Shown here in pieces: positions 12,283 through 24,699 of a DNA stretch of 64,000 bases. The notes below the pieces were generated by a model, which ran no database searches, was not told the origin of the DNA, and saw only the letters and a list, made by a program, of their open reading frames with translations. The position numbers were made by a program, and so were the translations under genes. The stretch's first letter is position 1. Every line of letters begins with the position of its first letter. The stretch is from Vicugna vicugna. Its lineage: Eukaryota. The stretch spans positions 1,451,696 to 1,515,695 of the forward strand of contig MU058540.1 of assembly GCA_013265495.1 (NCBI GenBank), read 5' to 3'.

Positions 12283-13739
12283 GTGAGCTTCCCGCTGGAG
12301 AAGAGAGAACAGGCTGGGTTGCATCGTCCCCAGGCCCTTGTCTTCTCTGTATCAGGCATGACTGCCACCAATACACGTCATGCCCCATATTGTAGCTGTC
12401 CAGACCTCCAAAGTCTCTTCCGGGGTTTTGCTGCTGCTGAGTTCTTTCATTCCAGTTATGTTCAGTTCCCCAAGGTTCCAGGTGGCTTTAGCCTTCTGCA
12501 CATGCTTTTTTTGCATCATGCCTTCCAGGTGGATTCCCGCCCTCCTCAGTCTAGTACCCTCCCTCCCCAGAGACTTAAGGCATCCCAGGATCTCTGGTCC
12601 ATCTACTTCACCCAGATCTCCTTGGACTTTGAGGGAACAGAGAACTTCAAAGGCCATACCTTGAATTTCGTGGCCCCCTTCCCCTTGTCCATTTGGGCCT
12701 GCCTACCCCTCCGCTGGCAGCAAGCCCAGGCACGAAAGCTCCTTCTGGCCACAGAAGGGAGGCTGAAACCATCGGCCAGCTTTGGCAGTCCTGTCCGTTC
12801 TGAGGCCCTTGCCCCTGACACAGTATCCCATCAGAGGTCAAAGACTGAGCATGATTTGAAAAGCCTGTCAGGCCTTACAGAAGTCATGGAAATTCTGAAA
12901 GAAGGCAGCGGTGCTGTGGACACCAAAGGGTCTCTGGCAGAGCTGGAGGATGCCGCAGATGTGCACGTGCTGGTACACTCCCCTGCACATGTCCGCGTGA
13001 GGCTTGACCACTACCAGTACTTGGCTCTCCTCCGCCTGAAGGAGGTGCTGCAGGGTCTTCAGGAGCAGCTGACTAAGGATACAGAGGCCATGACTGGGTC
13101 TCCCCTCCAGGACCAGACAGCTTGCATTGGGGTTCTCTTCCCTAGCGCTGAGGTGGCTCTGCTCATGCATCCTGCCCCTGGGGCTGTTGAAGTGGACTCT
13201 GAGGGTTCAAATACTACCAGTCTCATAGATTCAGAGCTGTCCCCTTCAGAGGATAGGGAGCTCAAGTCTGATGCCTCCTCAGAACAGGGCCCAGCAAGCC
13301 CTGAGAAGGTTCTAGAGGATAGTGGCATTGACAATCTGGATGCATCCCAGGATAGACCACTGCCTCTCCATAGCAATGGAGAAGTACAGTACTCAGATTC
13401 TCTTGCACAGCTGGAGGCTGGGAAGAGCCACGAGGCAGTCGATTCCTTACAGGCAAAGAGACTGAGCAGAGCCCAAGCATCTAGCTCACCAGCTGCACTG
13501 AAGCCCCCATGTGGCAAGGATACTACTGTGAATGGACAGGGCGAGCTCATCCCCTTGAAGAACATTGAGGGAGAACTGTCAAGTGCTATTCACATGACCA
13601 AGGATGCCACCAAGGAGGCTCTACATGCCACCATGGACCTCACCAAGGAAGCTGTGTCCCTGACTAAGGATGCCTTCAGTCTGGGCAGAGACCGAATGAC
13701 CTCCACCATGCACAAGATGTTGTCTCTTCCCCCAGCCAA
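12283..13739 (+). CDS. BLTP3A: BLTP3A large coding exon (~14), 1457 nt
   Basis: Coincides with 488-aa ORF 12277..13743; gaag|VSFPLEKREQ...TMHKMLSLPPA(K)|gtgagt. Confidence 0.95.
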
Positions 13740-14789
13740 GTGAGTGGTTCTCTGCCTCCTTCACTCACCTCATCTCTTTCTCCTAGTTCTGGCCATTGGG
13801 CTCAAGGCCTTCCGCTGTGTGTACTTTTAAATTGGGAAGCACCGTGTAGTCCAGGAGCATGTATAAAATGGCCTATTTATTGTGGCAAAGCCTTTAGTTT
13901 TCAGAGCTGCCCATAGGGCAGTGGAGGAACTTTCAGGCTACTTAGAGGATATAGGTATACCAATCAGAGAGACTTTATTTTCAGGACTATATCTAATTCT
14001 ATGATAAGGGAAGAACCAGAAATTGCAATAAAATAACACAAAACTCCATGGATTTTCACATGCCTCCATGTAGCTTAGCCTGTTCTTGGGCAGTTTTCAG
14101 GGTAGCCCTGATTGCTTCTTAACATCAAGTTGTCTCCTCTTTCACTGATTCACTACTATTGATACAGATATGCTATATCAGGATAATAACACCTGGCATC
14201 TGTGTGATATTTTATTCTTTTCAGTGGGTTCTCATGTAATATTTTGTTTGATTTGATCCCCGCAGAAGGGATACAGATATTTGTACACCCACTTTATAGC
14301 TGAGGAAACTGAGGCTTCAGAGAGGGTGAGCCCATGGATCCTGTATCTTGTAAATGGAAAAGGTGGGGCTTTGGACTTGCTCTTTCTGGTATACCTTGTC
14401 AATATCTGTCAGACTAATAGAGGAGGAAGAATTTCATCCATTCATTCAACAAATACTTTTTGAGTCCTTACTGTGTGCCAGGCTCTGTGTTAGGCACTGG
14501 AGGTACAGTAGGGAGTAAACAGAAAACACCGAAATTCAAAAGTCAAAGTGGAAAGGTAAGGATTTTTTGATGAATTTCCTATGGCTTTAGGAAAGATAAT
14601 AAAGACTTAGCTGGGACACTTTGTGTTTTGGGGACTAGGGTTTGAAGATCAGTGGCTTTAAGAGCTTTTGTCTAAGTGAGCTGTCTTAAGTGGGTCTCTA
14701 AGCAATGCCTGTAGTTGTGTTAGTACCTGCTAGGCATATATAGCTTAGGAGGAAGGGAAAGGAAAACTTAAAGGGCTAAATGATAAAAG

Positions 14790-15030
14790 TAATACTAGGC
14801 AATGTTTATTGAGTGCTTTCTGTATGTCAGGCACTGTCCTAAATATTACAGTATTAATCCACTGGATTCTTGTAAGAACCCTATAAGGCAGGAACTAATA
14901 TCACTCCCCATTTTACAGTTGAGTAAACTGAGGCTCAGAGAGGTAAGAAACTTGCTCAAGATCACACAACTTGTAAGTGATGGGGTGAGGACTGATAGCC
15001 TAGACTCCCGATCACCAAATGTGCTGCCCT
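14790..15030 (-). mobile_element. MIR SINE
   Basis: Core cccattttacagttgagtaaactgaggctcagagaggtaagaaacttgctcaagatcacac. Confidence 0.85.
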
Positions 15031-15950
15031 TTCTAAATGGAGAAGAGTAAGGGAGATGGGAAAAGAGGAGAGGTAGAAAGGAGAAAAGAAAGGTGTGTGG
15101 TACAAACTCTTTTTTAAACACTGGCATTGACTTCCTACTGCCCGCCCCTGGTGGCCTTTTCTTGGTCCTCCCTCTCCAGGAATCCTCTGCGGCAGTTCAC
15201 CTTGCTGGTCGGTTTAGTCTGAGCATTGGTAACCCTGCCCAGTTACTCACACTTCTCAGAAGTACTCTGCTTTTTCCTTGACTGCTCTCCTTCCTTTTAT
15301 CCCATAAATATAATTGTTCCACAGGGCTAGGCTGTCCATATTCTGATCACTCTTACCATAATCTTTATTTTTTAAATTATGAAAATGATTTGTGTTTATT
15401 TTGTTAACAATGAGGAAAATAAAAGAATAAAGAAGAAAACATAAAAGTCACTTGAAACGACGTTATCCTGAGATAGCCACTATTTACATTTGGATCTGTT
15501 TTCATCCAAATTTTATACATATATTTATGTATCCATGTGAATGCTTATATGTGTATACACATAAAATATACAGGTATTGTTTTATAATAAGATTATATTA
15601 TTTCTATATAATATAGAAAATTTCGAATTTTACTTTATGTTTTATTGTAAATAGTTTTCTATTCTTAGGTATTTGAATATATAATTACATTCTTGCAAGT
15701 GGATGTGCTATAATTTATCAATCTAATCCACTATTGGGGGTTATTTAGTCTGCTTCCACTTTTTTCTCAGGTAGAACCAATGCTGTGTTAATTGTCTTTA
15801 TTTTTGTGAACATTACTCTATGCATATCTAAGCCTTTAGAAGAAAAACTCAGAAGTGGAATTATTGGGTTAAACACTACAAACATTTGTAAGGTTCTTGA
15901 TGCATTTGCCAAACTTTCAGAAAATTTATATTACTCTGCATTTTTTAATT

Positions 15951-16183
15951 CAGTTGACCCTTGAACAATGTGGGAGTTAAGGGCACTGAATCTGCACAGT
16001 TGAAAATCTGCATATAACTTATAATTGGCCTTACCTATAAGAGCCTCCTTTATGTATATGGTTTCAGTGCATCCATGGATTCAACCAACTGCAGATTGTG
16101 TAGTACTATATATTTACTACTGAAAAAATCTGCATGTAAGTGAACCTGTGCTGTTCAAAATCCTGTTGTTCAAGGGTCAACTG
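15951..16183. mobile_element. TcMar-Tigger MITE (MER8/Tigger2-like) with perfect 18-bp TIRs
   Basis: cagttgacccttgaacaa (15951-15968) and ttgttcaagggtcaactg (16166-16183), followed by TA. Confidence 0.85.
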
Positions 16184-16481
16184 TACTTTCTCTCTAGGTT
16201 ATTTTTTTCCACCTCCTTACTTCTGCTATAGTCCTTATTTTCAGTCCTGACTTCCCTCCCCTCCTCTGCTCTTCCTTTAAAACTATCTACTGCCCAGAGC
16301 TCCACATGGATCTCCCAGGGTGCCTCAGACCTCACATACATAAAACTCAATTCCTTATCCCTCCCCAGATCAGTTCTTTGGTTTTTTTTGTTTTTTTGTT
16401 TTAGTTTTTTGGTGGCATCATTCTCTTGCTTTTTCAGACTCTACATTTTAGCTCTGCCTTTTCTAGGCATTTGTTAGGTTC

Positions 16482-16677
16482 TGATCATACTTTCAAACTT
16501 AGGCATACTTCAGAATTGCCTGGAGGGCTTGTTAAAATTGCTCACAGATTGCTGAGCCCTACCCCCAGAGTTCCCCATCAAGTAGGTCTAAGATGGAGCC
16601 TGAGAATTTGCGTTTCTAACAGGTTCCCTGTTAGATGCTGATGCTCCTATATGAGGATGACACTTTGAGAGCACAGC
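16482..16677. mobile_element. MER5A-like hAT-Charlie MITE
   Basis: tcagaattgcctggagggcttgttaaaa...gagcctgagaatttgcgtttctaacaggttccc...cactttgaga. Confidence 0.75.
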
Positions 16678-17447
16678 TCTAGAGAGTCTCATCAGTTTTT
16701 CCTGTCTGTTCCCACATGTGGACTATTTTAATAAACTATTATTAACTGATCCCTCATTGGACATCTTTCCCTCTCTGGCTTATCTGAAAAAGCCAGGTCA
16801 GACTTCCTAAAACACAGGTATGATCTTGTTATTACCCTACTCTAAAAACCTCAGTCTTTTTCTTTGTACTTCCTGAATTGAGTTTGAACTTCTTAGTGTG
16901 GCATAATCAATTATTGTGATATATCCATATGGCACTTGCAGTTTTTTTTAAATAGGCTTTATTTTTTAGAGCAGTTTTAACTTCACAGTAGTATTGAGTA
17001 GAAGATACAGAGATTTCCCATATACCCCTACACTTTACAGTTTTCAGAGCACTTTTATATCTAATCTTTTGTCCAGAGTTTTCTGTAATTTGGCTGCAAC
17101 CCTTGTGGTAAAAGCACTTGGCAAGAAGTAAGGAGACTTGGGTTTTTCTTAGTTTCATATTTAACTGTGACTGTGTCAGTTTCTTCATCTGTAAAATGGG
17201 AGGATTGGCTTGAAAGGTCCTTAAAGGTTTCTTTAAAGAAAATTTTCTAACTTTATAGTCTGTTACTCTCCCTCAGCAAAACCTACCATCCATCTAGGCT
17301 GAGCTGCTTACTAGTCTCCAAAGGTACTTTTTATTTTCCAGCTCCATGCCTTTGCTCATGCTGTTTTCCCCCATTAAAAGCCCTCTTCCCTATCTCTTTC
17401 ACAGTCCTTCAAGGACTACCTCAAGTGTTATCTCTTTCCACAAAGTC

Positions 17448-17531
17448 TTTTTTTTTTTAGGTGTTAGGGATTGAACTCGGGACCTTGTGCATGCTGAGCA
17501 TGTGCTCTGCCACTGAGCTCTACCTACCCCC
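17448..17531 (-). mobile_element. Second tRNA-Ala-derived (Vic-1-like) SINE
   Basis: gggattgaactcgggaccttgtgcatgctgagcatgtgctctgccactgagct, same family as 549-650, with T-run tail. Confidence 0.8.
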
Positions 17532-18104
17532 TCCCGTAAGGTCATTCTTAATCCCCTTCTCTGCATCCTTTCCCCTCTTGGGTATTGTCTAGCCTTTGGC
17601 TTGTACCCTTGCCTCTCTTTTATGGTTTGTGTGACCTAATTCCCATATAAAGTCGTCTATGTTTAAGTCTCCTCTCTCCTGATAGAATATAAATTCTTTG
17701 AGGATAGGGGATGTCTTATTCATCACTTTATTCACCCCCACCCTGACCCTGTGCCTCGTATGGTGCCTTGTATGCAGGTTATTCAGTAAGTACTTGAGGA
17801 ATGAACGTAGGTGGCTTCAGTGCTATTCATTAGCACCAGGGCTTTATGTAGTTGGTCTCATCTGCATATGAGATGACCCTAAATAACTTTTGACACTTAG
17901 TGTTGATATGAGAGAGAGGCTTATCCACTTTGAAATGCTAGAATAATGAGGCAGGTGAAAAATGGAGACCTCTTACAGCAAGTAATAATTGACATCAAAG
18001 TTTAACGTATACAATAACCATCTGGGCTGAAAAGGTTGTGTATTACAAGGGAATGGAACAACATGGCTCCTAAGGCTCATTTGTGGTTTTTGTTTTTTAA
18101 ACAG

Positions 18105-18301
18105 AGAGCCGGTGGCCAAGATAGAGGAGGGGGTGGCAGCCCCAGTAAGTGGAGGTGCTGCCCGACTCCGATTTTTCTCCATGAAGAGGACGGTATCTCA
18201 GCAGTCATTTGACGGTGTCTCATTGGATAACAGTGGCCCTGAAGACCAGATGTCAGTGGACAGTGATGGCAGTGAGAGCTTTGTGATGCTGTTGGAGTCT
18301 G
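18105..18301 (+). CDS. BLTP3A: BLTP3A coding exon (~15), contains acidic LIR-like motif SESFVML
   Basis: acag|(K)EPVAKIEEGVAAPVSGGAARLRFFSMKRTVSQQSFDGVSLDNSGPEDQMSVDSDGSESFVMLLES(E)|gtaggt; 197 nt, phase 2-1. Confidence 0.93.
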
Positions 18302-18859
18302 GTAGGTGGAAGCAGAGCCAGGCAGAGTTGCAGAGTCTGGAGAAGGTTCTTCCTGCCTCCCTGTATTCAGACTGGCAGAATGTGAAAGGAGCTGAGATTT
18401 GATAAAATAGACATTTTCTTAATCAAAACTAAAAGAAGATAGAAATTTTAGTGGATTTGTGGCTCTGACTTTATCCTCACATCTTCTAGGTTATTGTTTA
18501 GAATTTGATCTTTATCACAGAACAAGACTCAGATCAGAAAAGAGAGCACTAGTCTTACAGTCACATAGCTACGACAGTAGGACTGATTTTGTGGCTGTTG
18601 TCAGTGCTGTATGTGTTTGTTGTCTGTTTTTGCCTAATTATGTATTTTATTGTTGGAAAATAACTGTGAGCTTTTTGTCTATGATAAAACAAGTAACTTT
18701 TAGGAATTAGATTAATCACCACTGGTAGTTACACTGGTTCTTTCAGCTTATTGAAATGAAAACTTTTCAAATTGTCTCTTAAGAGTATCTAAATGAAAGT
18801 AAAATAAAAAGAGAATGTAGTTTCTTAAGCTGGATGGTATATACCTATGTTTGTTTTGT

Positions 18860-19630
18860 TATTATTATTAACTTCTTATGGAAACGTGCAAATATTTAAA
18901 AGTAGACAGAACCAAATAAGAAACTCTCATGTACCCATTACGTAGCTTCAGATATTAAGAACTTATGACCATTCTTGTTTCATATATTCTTCTACCCACT
19001 TCCCTTCCTCCCATACTATTTTGAAGCAAATCCCAAACATATAATTTTATCTGTAAGTATTTTTATTATACATCTCTAGAAAATGGATTTTTTAAATATT
19101 AAAAATATTTTAAAGTTATGGTAAAATACACATAACACAAAATTTACCACCTTGACCATTTTAACTATAATTTAGTGGCATTTAGTACTTTCAGATCATT
19201 GTGCAATCATCATCACTTTCCAACTCCAGAACTCTTTCTTTCATCTTGCAAAACTGAAACTCTATACCCATTAAACAATAATTCCTCATTCTTTCTTCCA
19301 CTAGCCCCTGGCAACCATCATTCTACTTTCTGTCTCTATGAATTTGACCACTTAGGTCTCTCATGTAAATGGAATTATACAGTATATGTCCTTTTGTGTC
19401 TGGCTTGTTTCGTTTAGCATAATGTCCTCAAGGTTCATTTATGTTGTAGCATGTGTCAGAATTTCCTTCCTTTTTAAGGCTAAATATTTATTGTATGTTT
19501 ATACCACATTTTGTTTAACCATTCATCTGTCCATGGACACTTGGGTTGCTTCAATTTACAGACTTTTTTTATGTGACTAAATACCACTATCACATTTTAA
19601 AAAATTAACAATAATTCCCTAAATTCATAA
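18860..19630 (-). mobile_element. Nested old L1 3' fragments (L1MB-like inside L1MC-like)
   Basis: ccctggcaaccatcattctactttctgtctctatgaatttgac and related antisense L1 3' UTR motifs. Confidence 0.7.
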
Positions 19631-19775
19631 ACTATCTAGTAGTCTTCAAATTTCTAGTTGTCTCATAAGTGTCATAAATGTTTTGTTTTGCTCTTACAAT
19701 TGTCACTGTTTTTAGAGATTGGATTTGAATAGAATTTTTTGACTTCCAAACTCTTTTGTTATCTTTCTTATGCAG

Positions 19776-19930
19776 AGTCTGGTCCAGAATCTCTTCCATC
19801 AGGATCTCTTCCAAATGCTTTAGACAATGCTGGTGTTCAAGGGAGCCCTGTTGTGGATAGTTATGGCCAGGGATCACCAGAGGCCAACAGTTCAGTCTCA
19901 CCCAGTGGGGAAGACCTCAGTCTTCACCTG
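19776..19930 (+). CDS. BLTP3A: BLTP3A coding exon (~16)
   Basis: gcag|(E)SGPESLPSGSLPNALDNAGVQGSPVVDSYGQGSPEANSSVSPSGEDLSLHL|gtcagc; 155 nt. Confidence 0.88.
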
Positions 19931-20014
19931 GTCAGCTGCTCTTCTTTCTTCTGTGCAGAGGGTAGGCCCTAGGCTGGAAGCTTGGGACTCAACTAAGGGA
20001 ATCTACCTTTACAG

Positions 20015-20165
20015 GTCTCAGTTCTGGTTCTGAAGGTGAACAAAGTATCTTTGGGGATTGAAGTACGTGGCGAGGATGTGACTGTGGCCCTGCAAGGAGA
20101 GGAGCTGGCCCTCCAGCAGCTGGGTACCGTGGGACTCTGGCAGTTCCTGCATGGACAGTGCCCGG
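20015..20165 (+). CDS. BLTP3A: BLTP3A coding exon (~17)
   Basis: acag|VSVLVLKVNKVSLGIEVRGEDVTVALQGEELALQQLGTVGLWQFLHGQCP(G)|gtgagg; follows an 84-nt intron. Confidence 0.9.
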
Positions 20166-20303
20166 GTGAGGATGGTGGCCCTTCCAGGAGAGCAGGTGGG
20201 ATTTTTCTGGGGTAGCCATAGCTTAACTTGTTCCTGTCACTGTGCTTCAAGGGCAGCTACCCTAGTGCCAAGTCCTTGGCCCTTCTCTCCAGCAGCCATT
20301 AAG

Positions 20304-20433
20304 GAGATGAAGAACTCCAATGAAACCTTCTTCCCAGAGCTCTTTCTGGGGCTTTGTACTCAGTAGGCGAGATGAAGAACTCCAATGAAACCTTCTTCCC
20401 AGAGCTCTTTCTGGGGCTTTGTACTCAGTAGGC
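20304..20433. repeat. Perfect 65-bp tandem duplication (2 copies) in BLTP3A intron
   Basis: gagatgaagaactccaatgaaaccttcttcccagagctctttctggggctttgtactcagtaggc at 20304-20368 and 20369-20433. Confidence 0.95.
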
Positions 20434-21967
20434 TTTTCTCCATCCTCACTTCCCAGGTGCTTTTAAGCTTACACATGAGGACAGTGTCCAGTTCTTTGAG
20501 GCTGTTAACGTCAGGTTATACCTAATCAGGGAACTTCTGATTCAGTCCTTTGATGTGAGTTATCATTTATACTTTAAAAGATGACAGGAAAAACCTGGGC
20601 TTATGCTATATGCTTTGTTTTAAAAAATTATTTTTTAAAATATTGAATAGATAGTAAAAAATAATTATAAAATATATGTAAAGTATGTAAAATAATAACA
20701 ATACAATGAACCCACATACTCATTACCTACTTTAATAAATAAAATAGTGCCATTAACTTTGAAGTCCCTGGGAGCCCCTCTCCTGAACCTTCCTCTTGCC
20801 TCTCTCCTTTTATAGGGAATCACTATCCTGAATTTTGTATTTATCATTCTCTTGCTTTACAATTCTTCCACATGTGTTTGTATCAATGCATTATTTAGCT
20901 TTGCAGGTTTTCAGGTTTTTCTAAATGGAATTATAGTTTGTATTCTTTCGTGATTTGCTTCTTTCAAGTCCCATGATATTCTTCAGATTCTTCTAGGTTG
21001 TTGAGTTAGCTATCATTCATTCATTTTCACTACTGTCTAATATTTTATTATAGAAATATACCACTTTTCGCTTTTTAAAAAACTGCCTTAATGAAGTATA
21101 ATTTGCAGCTATGAAATTCACTTATTGTAAGTATGCAATTTGATAAATTTTAGTAATAAGCTTTACAGAGTTCTGTGACCATCACCATCACCCCCAAAAT
21201 ATCCCTGTACCCATTACTCTATTTATTTCTTTGGTCTATTCTGAACAGACATTTGGGTTGTTTCCAGGTTTTTTCCTATTTCAATAGGGCTGTCTTGAAA
21301 TACCCATCCTTGTACATGTCTCCTGATGTGTATGTTGGAGAATTTCTCCAGGTTTATATTCCTGAGGCTAAGATTTCTAGGTCCTTAGGGTAGATATAGC
21401 TTTAATCTTACTAGATAATGCCAATTTGCTTTCCAGAATGGTGGTACCAATTTGCAGTTATATAGGTATGTAAGTTGTTTCATATCCTTGGCTACACCTG
21501 AGATCGTTCTTTAGGGAGTTTTGAGGAAATCAACATAGATCCTGCTTGGCTTTGTCAGAGAGAGATGAGAAGACCAAGACTTGGAAAAAGAAAGAGATGT
21601 TCAAATTTAGCAGAGTTGAGGATCCTCTGTTTTAAGAGCTTTCCCCTGACCATAGCCCAGTACCTCTGATTCATAGCAAGACCAGCTTTTTATTGGTCCT
21701 TGGACTGCCACGAGAGGCATTATAGCAAAGGAGCCAAACCTATGGTCTTTGCAGTTGGGCTGCCTGTGTGCAGATCCTGTCCTTGCTACTTAGAAGTTGT
21801 GTAACTTGGGCAAGTTATTCTCTGTGCCTTAGTTCTGCCTTAGAAGATGGGAATGCTAATATTTCTGGCATAGGGTCATTATGAATATTAAAGATATATA
21901 AAGGGCTTAGAATAGTCACTGGCAGGTAATTAATTAATATCTTTTCCTTCTGTCTTTCTTCTTAAAG

Positions 21968-22230
21968 GTACAAGCTTTCAGGAATCCTCAACTTTGAGGA
22001 CTGACTGCATCAGGCCAGCTGTGGGCCTTCGCTTTGAGGTGGGGCCTGGTGCAGCTGTTCATTCCCCACTGGCCATACAGAATGGCTTCCTACATATCTT
22101 GCTTCAAAGCTGTGACCTTGAGCTGCTCACTTCGGTGCTCAATGGCCTGGGGCCCTTCTTGGAGGATGAGGTGATCCCGGTGGTAGTTCCCATGCAGATT
22201 GAGCTTCTGAACTCCAGGATCACTCTCAAG
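21968..22230 (+). CDS. BLTP3A: BLTP3A coding exon (~18)
   Basis: aaag|(G)TSFQESSTLRTDCIRPAVGLRFEVGPGAAVHSPLAIQNGFLHILL...LLNSRITLK|gtgaga; 263 nt. Confidence 0.93.
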
Positions 22231-22669
22231 GTGAGAGGGACTATTGGATTTTACCCTAGACTTTGTCAGGCAAGGAATTTTGGCAGTGACAGCTGTTAAC
22301 CTCTTCTCTTGTCACTGTAAAATATGGTGAGGATCAAATGAGGAAATGCATATTTGCATTCTTTGTCAATGTTATAGTAGCACATAAATGAGTATTGCTG
22401 GCAACATATCCTGGGTTCAGGTGAGGATAACTTATCTCTATCCCTAACCTTTGGCATGCAGCATGACTGCAAGCCCATCAGGTTATCTGATCCTCAGTTT
22501 CACCATCTCTAGAATGGGAGAGACTCAGGAACGCCTCTCACACCTTGAAAGAATGTATGGGTAAACAATGATATAAAAATGCTTCAAGCTCAATGGTAGA
22601 AGCATGGCTTGTTCCCTAAGTTGCTCTGAGCTGGCTAGGGGCATCATATGGTTTCCCTTTTTCCTGCAG

Positions 22670-22778
22670 GATGATATCCCTCCCATCTATCCGACGTCTC
22701 CAGGCCCTATCCCCATCACTCTGGCCATGGAGCATGTTGTGCTGAAGCGGAGTGATGATGGTGTGTTCCACTTAGGCG
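22670..22778 (+). CDS. BLTP3A: BLTP3A coding exon (~19)
   Basis: gcag|DDIPPIYPTSPGPIPITLAMEHVVLKRSDDGVFHLG(A)|gtgagt; 109 nt. Confidence 0.93.
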
Positions 22779-22904
22779 GTGAGTTGGCTTGCCAGTGTCC
22801 TGGCTTCTCTGCCTTTTTTCTCCTGTAAGGGAACAGGTGACAACTAGGAATTGTCTGCATGTTGCCAGCAGTTTGTCATTTAGAACCTTTCCCTTTTTTT
22901 CCAG

Positions 22905-23011
22905 CTGCTGCTCAGGACAGACCATCAGCTGAAAGACTTAAAAGTGAGAAGAGGCAGCCCCCCAAAGAACAGGTGTTTCTGGTGCCCACAGGGGAGGCTT
23001 TTGGTCCGCAG
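22905..23011 (+). CDS. BLTP3A: BLTP3A coding exon (~20)
   Basis: ccag|(A)AAQDRPSAERLKSEKRQPPKEQVFLVPTGEAFGPQ|gtgagg; 107 nt keeps frame into last exon. Confidence 0.88.
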
Positions 23012-23408
23012 GTGAGGACCTAACTGAATGGTATCTTTCCCATAAACCTTTAGGGGCTATACTCACAGAAGCTGGTAAAACCTAGAGGGCTGAAAAGGTT
23101 GCTTGTGCTGCGTGCAGCTGGGTGTTCTGGGCTCCCGTCACCTAGCAGCAGCTTGTAGAAGTGCTGAACAGGGGATGTAAGTCAGGAGCTAGAGGTGAAT
23201 GCTTGCTGATCGTATCTTCCACCTGTTGCTGCGTAACTGATGAACTCTGAAGAGGGTATTAGGCTCTTAGAAAAGATCTAGTTGGGTTCTCTTGATTGAC
23301 CAACCTTGTGGATTTTTCTGCTTGAATTGTTCCTCCTTGTTCCCTTACTAGATGTTTTTGCAACTTGTGTTACTTTATTCATTAATTGTGAATTTTATTG
23401 TTTGTCAG

Positions 23409-23534
23409 GTGAAAGAACTGCCTACCCTACAAAAGGAACTTATAGAAGCTAAAGAAGCATTGGCTCATGCCAACCAGGATAAAGAAAAACTTCTTCAGGA
23501 GATTAGGAAATATAACCCCCTCTTTGAGCTCTGA
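23409..23534 (+). CDS. BLTP3A: BLTP3A last coding exon (~21), C-terminal coiled coil, TGA stop
   Basis: tcag|VKELPTLQKELIEAKEALAHANQDKEKLLQEIRKYNPLFEL*; the 17 exons sum to 3994 nt with consistent phases and no internal stop. Confidence 0.94.
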   Translation: MKELPTLQKELIEAKEALAHANQDKEKLLQEIRKYNPLFEL

Positions 23535-24699
23535 CAGCAGTGGCTCAGCCATCTGTGCCAAGGAGAGAGGAGGAGATCACCAGCAATTGTATCACCTGTG
23601 ACAGGCACCATCCAGTGTTAAACAAGTCAGCTAAGGATGCTCAACTCACTCCTTGCAGGGTCCTTTCTACTAGCTGTTCTGACTTGGATGGAAGACAGGG
23701 CAAAGCACGACCATGTTCCAGGAGATTGGGGGCAGCTTTGTGCGTGGCTCAAGCATCATGTCTTGCCTGTATAAAGCCTTTCGGCCCTCTGCACACTAGG
23801 TGGAATCTTCTCGACAATGTAGGGCCATTTCATCTCCTGGATTCATGGCAGAGACATCTGCTTCCTCCACAACCTGTGTGAACAAGGCAAAGTACCCATC
23901 TCAGTCACCCACAGAGCCACCAAAGATTCTACGTCCCAGAGCTTCCTGAGGCGGATCTGAAAAGTCCTAGGCCTGAGCTTCAGCCACAGAAGTAGAGTGG
24001 AACAGAAAATAGCCAGCAAGGCGGGAGTCAGGAGAGGCACAGGAATAAGTGAGACATGGATTCTGCCTATTTTGGAAAGGAAACCAAACTCATGTCATCT
24101 TGGCTGATACTACAATCAGGTTTTTCACGGTTAAGTTTCCTTTCTGTGATCCTTTCATTATTGTGATGCTGCGGTAGGAAGTAAACAACAATTGTGGCTC
24201 ACTGGTATCACCTTTCCCTTCTGTAATGCAATTTGTTTGAAATTTAAATCAAGGAAAAGATGTTTACTCTGAGCTAGGTTGAAGGCATGATGTGGTAGGG
24301 ATCACTAGTGGAGCTTGCTTCTGAGCCCCTGTTGCCTGCTGAGTCCTGTGTCTTCCACAGCTGCACCTCACAGGTCATTTCCTCTCCCAGGGTCCCTGGC
24401 ACCTCTGCATCGTCTGCACTATGACTTTCTACCAGCACTCTTGTTAGCACTCTGTGGTTTGGGAGCTGAAAATGTGTTTTAAACTGTGACATAAACATCT
24501 TAGCCTGTTGCCTCTCACACCCCTCTATCACTGTGGCTTTTAAAAATCATGTTATTTTGACTTAAGTAAAAAAAGAAAAAAAAGGAAAAAACCCCTTCAA
24601 CCTGACTAGGTTTTGCCTCTGCCTGATAAAAGAGCTATTTCCCCCTCTCTATTTTCTACCTGATCCTTCCGCATCACTCTATCTTCGTCCATACTGCTC

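Noticed and set aside
12352..13565. Antisense/alternative-frame ORFs (up to 168 aa) within the big BLTP3A exon
   Set aside because: Expected shadows of a long coding exon; no independent evidence
20304..20433. 65-bp duplication as CRISPR-like array or snoRNA
   Set aside because: Mammalian intron, only two adjacent copies with no spacer; no convincing C/D or H/ACA box pair
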